The notes beneath the pieces are model-generated. The model was not told where the DNA came from and searched no databases. It worked only from the letters and a program-made list of their open reading frames with translations. A program made the position numbers and the translations under genes. Of a stretch of DNA of 64,000 nt, positions 53,161 to 64,000 are shown one piece after another. The stretch spans positions 300,514,001 to 300,578,000 of the forward strand of contig OZ024740.1 in NCBI GenBank assembly GCA_964016885.1, in the 5' to 3' direction. This DNA is from Eledone cirrhosa (Eukaryota). Within the stretch, counting starts at the first letter, position 1; each line of letters starts with the position of its first letter.

Positions 53161-53569
53161 ACATATATATATATATATATATATATTTATATGGGTCTGT
53201 GTATGTGTGCGTGTGAGTTTGTGTTTGTTTCTGCGTGTTGTGTGTGGTATGTATGCATGTGCGTGAGTAAGGGTATGTTATTTGTTTCTGAACAATACAA
53301 ATAGGTAATCAAACTGATGTTTTTTCATGTGCAATATGTATAGATGTGTGAATGCACATGATTGTCCAATATAAATAAATTCTAATTAATCAAATTATCG
53401 GGTTTGCGGTTTTCATTATTTCGCAGAATAAATGAGATCTGGATGATAGACAACCACCACATACACACAAATATAGCAAGACACATACAAATAACAGTAA
53501 ATCGACTGTCCAATTATATAATTACTATTGATAATAGAAGATGAATGTAAAAATCAGATAAACATAATA

Positions 53570-53613
<44 letters not shown>

Positions 53614-53614
53614 T

Positions 53615-53654
<40 letters not shown>

Positions 53655-53726
53655 TATGTGTGTGTGTTTGTGTGTATGTGTGTGTATATATATATATATG
53701 TATATATACACACATATATAAATATG

Positions 53727-53758
<32 letters not shown>

Positions 53759-53819
53759 CACACACACACATATATATATGTGTGTGTGTGTGTGTGTGTT
53801 TACCTGAAGCATTGTATAT

Positions 53820-54140
53820 GGTATAAATATTTCGAATTTGCAAAGCTACGAGAGTGCAGGTTTGGACAGAGAAAAATCAAAACGCAAGAAACGGGGGTTT
53901 TTTTTCACCTTAATCTCCTGATATTTCGAGCTTGATATCTCTTTATGCTATTACAAGCTATATCGGAGGCTGGAATGGTTCCTTTATTTTCATCAGATGT
54001 AGAGATATTAATGTCCAAATAACAATATATAAACAATGAATAAAACAATAAATTAAGGTAAGACAAAAACAAATCCTGTTTCTTGCATTTGATTTTTCCT
54101 CGGTCCAAACCTGCATTATAGAGGCATTCCAACTTTGTAA
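53820..54140. repeat. TA-flanked insert with ~45-bp imperfect inverted repeats
   Basis: TGCAGGTTTGGACAGAGAAAAATCAAAACGCAAGAAAC (approx. 53855) vs GTTTCTTGCATTTGATTTTTCCTCGGTCCAAACCTGCA (approx. 54078-54115). Confidence 0.65.
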
Positions 54141-54426
54141 TATATATATGTATATAACTAAGGAAACACAAAGAAGGCTTTGTTTACAAACGGGTAGCAA
54201 ATTGGAAAATTATGGAGTAACATGGTCATATGTCGTATTTGACTAAATATAATTAGTCTGTTAGTTGGGATTTAAAACAAAGACTATGAAGGGGAAATAG
54301 GATAAGTATTGATGTACATGTGACACGATACCACATCTATGGATTGCCAGACCAATGTGGTACCATTACACCAACTAGCTACACATGCTTCCTTCCATTC
54401 AATTACAAGCTATATGGCCATTGAAG

Positions 54427-54475
<49 letters not shown>

Positions 54476-54521
54476 TATAATCATATATATATATATATAT
54501 ATATGTATACATATATATATG

Positions 54522-54573
<52 letters not shown>

Positions 54574-54590
54574 CACATAATCATATATAG

Positions 54591-54649
<59 letters not shown>

Positions 54650-54654
54650 TAATC

Positions 54655-54800
<146 letters not shown>

Positions 54801-55103
54801 TGCTCTGATTATTTAATATATTAATTCCACATTGAGCCACATCGTGAATAGTTGCCAAAACACATATATACCTGTGACTTTGTTTAATTGGTGTATGTGT
54901 AAATTTATATTTAATAAACTCCCATAAGGTGGAGATACAATTTGAGCGATATTGGGCTACGCTTTCTAGCAGCCAACCACCTCGCGATAAGCAACCAATC
55001 ACACCCTTCCTGTCTTGACCACTGCCACGTTACAGTTCTCAACCATTTTGAATTCGTGTTTGGCGGGGGTCACTTCGGAAAATAATCTGTTCTAGCGAGT
55101 TTG

Positions 55104-55180
55104 TCGCCTGAAGAGCTCTCAACTCGAGATTTATCCTTAATAAGATATCTCAAAATGTGAGCGAAACCCATGGGTCGGGA
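55104..55180 (+). ncRNA. Type I hammerhead, canonical core (family H)
   Basis: UCGC CUGAAGA GCUC...40 nt...GAGC GAAA CCCAUGGG UC GGGA. Palindromic stem III, one stem I mismatch. Confidence 0.78.
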
Positions 55181-55494
55181 TTTTGTGATTTAATCCTGGT
55201 ATGTATATAAGCATTTCTAACTATAATTTTTACCTAATTATGTATGTTTGACCGTATATTTAAATAATTTCCACGTGCTGTTGAAATGTTGGGTAAATAT
55301 TCTATATCGGTTGGACGCGAAAACGCCGCTGTAGCGTATTTATTTACTATTTCTTCATATGAGCCTTTTATTCTTTTAGCCTGATCTAATTGATTTTGTG
55401 TGGTTAATTATGCTGAATGGGAGTAGAATTGATGTATATATATTATCAAATAATTCTCTGGACATGCTTTACTCTATAGTATATATATATAGAT

Positions 55495-55588
<94 letters not shown>

Positions 55589-55591
<3 letters not shown>

Positions 55592-55945
55592 GAAAAAAGC
55601 TGAAATCGAAAATGCAACTGGAGTCTTGTTTTTATAAAAAATATATATATATATTTGGTTCCTTTACCGGTTTAGCAGTTCTTCTGCTTTTCAAAAGTAG
55701 AGTTGAGATGGAGGGTCTGTGGTTTTTCTCACATCTGTGAGAAAAACCACAGACCCTCCATCTCAACTCACCTTTTGAAAAGCAGAACTGCGAAACCGGT
55801 AAGGGAACCAAATAATTATATATATTTAAAAAAAAAATAAGACTCCAGTTGCATTTTCGATTTCATCTTTTTTTCTTTATACTTTCACTCGTGTAGGACA
55901 CCTCGGTTAATTTTCATTTTGTAAAAAAAACCTCACTTTCTAATA
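55589..55945. mobile_element. Second family B foldback; hammerheads at 55661-55698 (-, G12 mutated) and 55771-55805 (+)
   Basis: Centre TTCTCACATCTGTGAGAA. Arms and tail homologous to 14887-15257. Confidence 0.85.
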
Positions 55946-56146
55946 TATATATATATGTGTGTGTGTAATTATATTTATTAAAATAACATTAAAGTTTAAG
56001 CAAAGAATCGCTGCTTACACCCTTAACGGGACCTTGTGAAACTAATACATTTATACATATTTGCTCTATGGATCTTATATATTTGATATATATTTATCCT
56101 TATCGAGCTCTCTTTGGATTTTAGTCTTAAAATGTATTAGTATTAC

Positions 56147-56209
<63 letters not shown>

Positions 56210-56386
56210 GTATATATATAATAATAGTATTTATAGTTATGTATATACTATAAACAACTATAAACAGGAAAGGTCAGTAATTTCCTTATACCAATAAGAG
56301 GAATAGCTCAATGTAAGAACACCAGTTTTTTACAGAGCGGGAAAATAAATTAGACAATTAACAAAGTTGTGTTCAAATCATTTAAT

Positions 56387-56569
56387 TGTTTCTACTTTTG
56401 GCACAAGACCAGCAATGACACAGTGCATTACTGGTACTTTATTTTATCGACCCCGTAAGGATGAAAGGCAAAGTAAACCTCGGCGGGATTTGAACTCAGA
56501 ATGGCAAGGACCGTAACTCTATGCGTCAAAGCTTGGCGTCCGATCCTCTATCGATACTGCCAATCCACC
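56387..56569 (-). mobile_element. Near full-length tRNA-derived SINE with 16-bp TSD
   Basis: A-box-like TGGCAGTATCGATAG and B box GAGTTCAAATCCC. GTTCAAATCATTTAAT at 56371-56386 and 56570-56585. Confidence 0.9.
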
Positions 56570-56586
56570 GTTCAAATCATTTAATA

Positions 56587-56631
56587 GCTGACAATGGTTT
56601 CTTCCAAACTTCCGTTCGGGGTCATCGGAGC
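56587..56631 (-). ncRNA. Minimal hammerhead, C4 variant (family J)
   Basis: GCU CCGAUGA CC CCGAAC GGAA GUUUGG AA GAAA CCAUUG UC AGC. The host insert has an inverted piece (56643-56685 vs 57798-57840). Confidence 0.62.
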
Positions 56632-58020
56632 ATTATCAATGTTTGTACATATAATTAACCTCCTATTCAACTGAACAATCATATTGATATATATATATAT
56701 ATATATTGATGTAGTGAGCAACAGATATTTACAGGGTGTACTGGATGCGACATATATTATACGAGAATTGTACAATAATTCAAATTAAAAGCACAGAGTG
56801 GAATTCATGCAACAGATAATACAAGAGAATAGTCTAATAATTAAAGAGTCATTGAGAAAGAAGCATTGAGAGAGGAATAGTACATTAGCAGTACATATGC
56901 AAGTGTGTAGAAAGTGCACATGTGGTAGCCATATATATGAGAAGGAAATAAGCAAAGGTATTATGCATATATCGATAAATAAATACTGTATGGTAAGCAA
57001 ATATGTTAATGCATTAAAATCTATGGCAGGCGTAATGTGTGCATAGTGTTCGAATTTGTGTGTGTTGACAAAAACAAATTTACTACAGTCCTTTCCATTA
57101 CATATGTTGTATTATATTTTAGTTAATATTTATATTTAATGTTTTAAGTTAGTTAAAGCAATGGATTGTAAATTAGTCTTATTGTATTCTTATTCATGGA
57201 TTATAGTTGTTCAACTGGTAGTTTTTCCAACGGTTTAATTTCCGGAAGTGAGTATGTGATCGAAGATTAAGGGGAGCTAATGCATAAGAGGAGGTAACTA
57301 GCTAATTACATTCAATTATTTAAATTCTTTCCTCTAATACACATTATAGTGTGATACAAGTGAATCTCTATTACATAATTTTATATATTTATACTTAATT
57401 TTAAATACAGTGTATTTTCCTATAATACAATAAAGGTCTCAATATATCGTTATCTATTCATTACTTGACAAGATATATGTTATGGAACAATTGTATAGCT
57501 GTTTACATGTCCAAGTAGATATATCACATGTGTAATAATATACAGTATTGTATATACAATGCTATTACTTTTTATATTTAATTATGAATGTATATATACC
57601 TTATTATTATTATATTGTGTTAAAAGTAAATCCCTTATATACATGCTATTAATTTAAATATTTAATTATAAATGTATATATAATTTATTATTACCTATTA
57701 CATTAAATGTCTCTACATATTATATATCAATTACTGTATATAATATAATTAAGCTATAGTAGTTATATCAAAAGGTGGTAACTTTATTTATGTATCTATA
57801 TGATTGTTCAGTTGAATAGGAGGTTAATTATATGTACAAATATGTATCAGAAAGAGATCGGCATATGAAATTGTATATATTTAAACCAAGAATTAAATAT
57901 ATATTTACCTCTATGGTCATGTATCGATGGCTAATACTTTTGTAATACAAGTTCATTTCAGTAACAGAACTCTAATCTCCTTTGCGTTCTCCCTCTATCT
58001 TTCTCCCTCCCATCTCTCTC

Positions 58021-58071
<51 letters not shown>

Positions 58072-58079
<8 letters not shown>

Positions 58080-58168
58080 ATCTCTCTCTCTCTGGTACTT
58101 TATTTTATCGACCCTATAAGGATGAAAGGCAAAGTTAACCTCGGCGGGATTTGAACTCAGACCGCAAA
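58072..58168 (-). mobile_element. SINE fragment
   Basis: CTGGTACTTTATTTTATCGACCC...GGATGAAAGGCAAAGTTAACCTCGGCGGGATTTGAACTCAG (approx. 58092-58160), adjoining a (TC)n tract. Confidence 0.8.
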
Positions 58169-58266
58169 TAATGATCAAGGGTCGATTATATGCCTCGTCT
58201 TTAAAAACAGCTCAAGATAGAATTCAGAGAATAAAATCGAGCCTTGATCATTATAAGAAAGTTTTC

Positions 58267-58299
<33 letters not shown>

Positions 58300-58403
58300 C
58301 AGGCAAACACACACACACACACATACACACACACACACACATATATATATATACACTCACACACACGCACACACGCACGCACACACACACACATACATAT
58401 ATA

Positions 58404-58493
<90 letters not shown>

Positions 58494-59158
58494 ATTTTTC
58501 GATACTCGATCTTTCTAATATTTTTAACTCTGGACTTAGCTATCCACCAGTTAATTTTATTGCTCATTTTTTGTCGATTCTATTGAGTGATGAATAGCTT
58601 TTGTTTTATTATAACATGTCTATTGAGCACTCTAATTCGATATGTGTATTTCCACATTCACTCGAATTGTTTTCGCGGATATAGGGGTCATCTCCCTTGT
58701 CTAATGCCATGTGCGTTTCTCACTGGTAGTTGGCTCCTCTGCCGCCAGGAAAAAACTCGTTGAGAAAGTAAACCTCCGTTCCGCTTGCTCTAGTAGGCTT
58801 TTATATTTATATGTGAGCTGATAGAGTACAGTCTAAGGATTTACAGAAACCCATGAAGCTAGATTTAACACCTGTCTAGTGGGTCCGGGTATGATTTTAC
58901 ATTCATTTAAATTATTGACGTATTGTTTTATTGATATTTTTTATCTGTTTGTCCCGAATCTTCCTCTATCGATTTTAAATCGTATGGTTGATTGTAGACT
59001 TGTTCTATATGTGACGGTATTTTAACGATAGTTATAGCTCTGATTCATCTGAATTATTGAGCCCTCTGCCGCTCATGTCGAATTTCGTTTATCGTGAAAT
59101 TGTGCGCCGATTTTTCGATACTCGATCTTTCTAATATATATATATATATATATATATG

Positions 59159-59193
<35 letters not shown>

Positions 59194-59504
59194 TATTTAT
59201 AAGTAAAATGTTTTAATATGTCGCACAAATGGAAAAATGTAGGACAAAGTTGAAAATATTAATACAATTAGAGATTTTAAGAACGTTTATTTACAATAAT
59301 TTACAACTCTACCATTTTCACAAGTTTCATGTTTTTCAAACGTTAAGAGAGTTGGTGAGATGCATGGCTATGCCAACTGGTAAATTCAATTAGATGTATG
59401 TGTGTATTTTCAAAAACGTACTAGAAAAGCCGTACATCAATATGGTGCCTCACTTTGTTTTAGGGCACCGCCGAAATAGGATCTCGGTAAAATTATATAT
59501 ATAT

Positions 59505-59652
59505 ATAAAGAAAAAGAGACGAAATCGAAAATGCAACTGGAGTCTTATTTTTTTTTAAAATATATATATTTATTTGGTTCCTTTACCGGTTTCGCAGTTC
59601 GTCTGCTTTTCAAAAGGTGAGTTGAGATGGAGGGTCTGTGGTTTTTCTCACA
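59505..59652 (-). mobile_element. Single arm of family B with intact U3-A8 hammerhead (59580-59617)
   Basis: Same two end points as the left arms of the foldbacks. Confidence 0.82.
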
Positions 59653-59667
59653 TATATATATATATAC

Positions 59668-60056
59668 ATATTGTTATACTTGGGAAGAGTCATATTGTTG
59701 TAATGATATTGCCAGAATTAATAACAAAACAAACTCACTGTTTGTTTGGTTTTCGCTTCTGTTTCTTTGATATCAGTTAATTTATTCGGTCTTCAATGTT
59801 TACCATTGACTGACCAACGGTCAAAAAGATACAGATATAATATAGACACAAACACATATATATAGTCTAACAAAGTTATTTCGTTGCACATCTGCAACAT
59901 CGTCAGTGGTGCTATTATGTTTCCCCCAAGCGAAAACCAACCAAACAGTGAGTGTGTTCTGTTATTAATTCTGGCAATATTATTACAACAATACGACCCT
60001 CCCCAAGTATAACAATATTTGTTTCGACACACAATTTCATATAAAAAACCTCGCAA

Positions 60057-60060
<4 letters not shown>
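59668..60060. mobile_element. Family I foldback-type insert with hammerhead candidate at 59868-59911 (-)
   Basis: 59670-59758 is inverted at approx. 59928-60017. Homologous to 44378-44915. Confidence 0.72.
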
Positions 60061-60089
<29 letters not shown>

Positions 60090-60094
<5 letters not shown>

Positions 60095-60430
60095 CGAAGG
60101 GAGTATGGTAAGGAACCGGGTGGACATAATGCACCAGATAACTCAATATTTAGTGTAGTAGAGTGGGTAATAGGAAAATCTTCAAGACCACGACGGCAGA
60201 GCTGAAGCCGTTTCGACGGCTATTTCTGGACTGGTACGTTATGGTCCACCTGGGTTTTTACCACACTTTCTTCATTATCTAGCTCCTACCTCCGTAGTAG
60301 AGAACTTTCTGACCCTACCACACCATATCCCGACTTTTCCACCAAGCTTCAGTTTCCTCATAATACCAGTCCAGAAATAGTCGTCAAAACGGCTTGACCT
60401 CTGCCGTCGAGGGCTTGAAGATGTTCCTAT
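60090..60430. mobile_element. Rearranged PLE family A tail fragments with 3' halves of the hammerhead on both strands
   Basis: 60187-60232 (-) and 60365-60415 (+) match 25105-25150. 60090-60180 is the inverted tail. Confidence 0.78.
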
Positions 60431-63400
60431 ATATATACATATATATATATAAAATGAACCTTCAAATGGAGACGTGGAACATTGGTCATTGACATCTGCA
60501 GAGAACCGAACACTATGCACACACATGTCTAATATTTTATGGGGTTCGACTGCTATCTTCGTGGCACTGGGTGGGGGTTATTACAACTACGTGATCACCT
60601 TCTAACACTTAGAATCTAAGTGATAATGGCGATTTGAAATTGAGAAAACTTGAGTAGATTTATTTAAACTTCGTTAGTCAACAGATATTATATTCATGTA
60701 AATGCAATATCCTAGGGAGAATATATTTCTGGCATAATAATATGATATGATATAAAGGTAACAAAATGAAGCCATTTTTTTTACAATAAGGATATGTCCA
60801 ACAGTAATTGTTATTTCTTCAGTATGACATTTTCTTCTTTGGAATTATGTTTTGCAAACGTCTAAGAGAGATTGATCGCTTCTAAATTTGTTGCATGGAA
60901 GGATTTACATGCAGAGTGTGGTACCTCATTATTTACAACTTCAACAGCCAGTTTGCTGGAAATGTTTTGTAACGCGTAGACATGCAAGATCAACTGAACG
61001 AGTAATAAAGAAAACCATGACACCAACGTCGTATATGATTAATAATTGATTGTTATGATTATGGATTGTACGAAAAGGATTTTAAGCAAACAGTTGACTT
61101 TAATTGGAAAGTTGCTATTTGACACTATGCAGAGGCAGGAAATGAGCAATACCAGCCCTTATGCGTTCATTGTTGATGATGAGATGCATTTGTAAGAGGC
61201 AATAACTAAGAAGACATCACTTACAGCAAAAGAGTAATGAGTACGTTATATCACTTGTTCGCTAATTAATATTTTAATTAACAACCGTTAATGGGGTTAT
61301 GAAACTTTGATGTTATATTATCTATAGGGTGAAATTTCATTTTAGAAATCAATAATCGCAATGTGGCAAGATCTTACAGTTTAATAACATGATTTCCTTT
61401 AGGATTATGTGCTTCTTCGCAAATAACTTTGTTTTTCAGTTCTTCCTCTTCTCACTCTCTCTCTTTGTATTTCATCTTTTATTTCTCCTCTGTCTTCTGG
61501 TGAACAGCTAGTGTCTGAAACGAAAAAATTATTTTCATACACTAATACGCGTTGAACTAATATATTTCTTCATCGCACTGCATTGCTAGCTTTTTTGTTC
61601 ACGTTACCGTTTTTCACAAACGCGAACACATACACCCACACACAGAGGCACATATATATATATTTAATTATGTCTAACATTGGGACAAACTCAGTAATTT
61701 GGTGGTAAGGGAAAGTTGATTATATTGATTCCAGCACGTGAGAACTACATTATGTTATGATCTCCTGCAACATAAGTGTGTTAATTCTGAGAAGGAAATA
61801 CATTGAATAATTAACTGCTCTTCCTTTATTTTCTTTTAACTGATCCTCATCTATTTCCTTTTATTGAATATACATGGCCGGGTTGATAAAATACATTTAA
61901 GCATTGTAATTATGTTATATATGTTACAGATTTAGGAAAGCTATCTTTTTTCCAGCTCTAAATAAATGTATAATGTTTATATATGTCTATTCGTGAATTT
62001 GTTACTATTTTAGTATGGAATACCTCAGGAATTAGAGTGTTGGAAGATTACCTGTATTCTAAATTTCTTCCAAAAATTATGTATAAAATGTTTTGGGATT
62101 AGGTCTTAAATAGTAGGTATAGCAAGCTCTCAGTGATATTAAGGTCGTATGCCCATATAAAGAGACAAAACTCCTAATGCATTAACTTAAATAAGAAAAC
62201 TTCCTCTTTATTAGTTAAGACATTTTGAATTGTGTGGCTTCTTGGAGATATACTAAAGAACATTCAAAGTAACACAATTCAAATACTCTTCAACAGATGA
62301 CTTGCACTTCATATTCTCAACCATTGATCGTCGACGTATATATAAAACAAATGAAATACGATATTAAGCACTCGCAGATCATGAATATGTAATACTGTTT
62401 GCATAAATGGATACCTCCGCTTTTGAGTTACCATGTTCTCTAAGTTTCAGACGTATTACAAACGTTAGGAAGCGTGTGTATCGCTTTCTGACTTCTGATA
62501 ATTATTTTAAATATTATACACCCATGAGTCCTTTTGGTATTTTCCATTCAAATGTTTACCTGTTCGTAATTATCCTATTTAGCATTCCCTGCAGGCTAGG
62601 AAGTTTGAAGCAATCATGGTCTTGGCTACTGTGAAAATCCTATAACCCGCAAATCTTATATTAAAGTGAAGTTTTCATACGTGATTCCTGTTTCACAGCT
62701 TTGCTCCTAGGTTCCGGAATGTTGCATAGGGAATAATGTTTCGAATAGGAAGTTCATAGACTATATATCCTTGGTAGATACTCTCTATAATCCCATGACA
62801 TATTGTCCACTGTTTCGATTAAATTATATGAAACATGTTTTTTCTGAAATAGATGTATATATTAAGAAACAAATTGGGAAATCAATATTCTCTAATTGAA
62901 AAGTCATATGTAGAGAGTTCAATTGCAGAGTAGGATGACCAGATTACACATTTGATGAATAAGACTGCGCGTACACTTATAGTAGTTCCATGCAGTTATA
63001 CAATTACCGAATTTGTAGCGACGTTTCTGATCTAGTAGCTTGCGGAGAAAATAAGTTTGATTCATGACCATGAATCTAATGTGTTCTTAGGAATATACAC
63101 GTTTCAGCATAGTTAAGATACAATGGCTAAGAACAACAGTTTCGGTAAATGCTATATTTGATAAATTGATTCAGCAGAGAAATGTGTGTGACAGGTAACT
63201 AGGGGTGTCTCAGTGCGGAATTTAAAAAGAAACTATGTATTTGATAATTTAGTACACGAATTACTCTTTACAAAAATATTAAATTTCGACGAAATTAGAA
63301 CAACACCTCTATAGAGTGCAAGGACATTCTTTGCCAGATATTTAATATCTCATTTCCATCTAGATTACCGAAAGCAATAACGGTCTGTAGGTTAATTATA

Positions 63401-63852
63401 GCGGCATGACCTGATATTTTATCAACTGAGAAGGTAAACGAACCTCAGTGTATTGTTATTGCTGTTATAAACATAGAATTGAAATTAGTTATTAACCAGG
63501 TTCAGAGATATACGTTTAAAGTTATTCAGAACTGTGAATATCATCTACATATATAATAATAATAACTGAAGGATGTAAGCTTTTAACATTCTTTTGATTG
63601 AGGTGAATATATTCTGTCATGGAGGGAAGATAATGAATAGCGCGGCAAGAAACATATATTCAAGCAGAGTTCAATCTCTTTCAAGTAATTATTGGGATAT
63701 AGGTGGCGAGATGTATTTACATTTATTAAAATAATTCTTATTTGTAACGAAGTAAACTTGGCTACGATCTCTATGCTTACAGCCAGCTAATGTATGTTGC
63801 ATGTAGTGTTGAATTATTGAAAGTGTGTGTGTATGTATATATATATATACAT

Positions 63853-63900
<48 letters not shown>

Positions 63901-63903
63901 ACA

Positions 63904-63955
<52 letters not shown>

Positions 63956-64000
63956 GACCATGGATAAGTATCACTATATTTTTGGTGTTTCCTTTTCTGT

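Overview
AT-rich, microsatellite-dense animal DNA. The tRNA-derived SINE family and repeat landscape suggest an octopus-like cephalopod (inference). No host gene can be supported, and almost all ORF-track entries are (TA)n/(CA)n/(GA)n read-throughs. The window is a patchwork of decayed mobile elements: four 5'-truncated Penelope-like elements (PLEs) with Cys-rich linker and GIY-YIG endonuclease, three of them with inverted pLTR-type duplications; two tandem Tx1/L1-clade LINEs sitting in (TATC)n; RTE-type LINE fragments; a non-autonomous Helitron; and about six SINEs. The main hidden signal, found by manual folding, is a very high density of type I hammerhead ribozyme (HHR) motifs: about 16 sequence-distinct families and more than 25 copies, including partial and decayed ones. 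Most lie in short (TA)n-flanked inserts. They show recurrent non-consensus cores (compensatory U3-A8, C4 or A4, U-U/A-A at the base of stem II), palindromic stem III, and stem II ranging from about 3-4 bp to about 95 nt. Among them are a 319-bp tandem retrozyme-like array and a recurrent zero-spacer foldback carrying a hammerhead on each strand. No ribozyme activity is demonstrated here.
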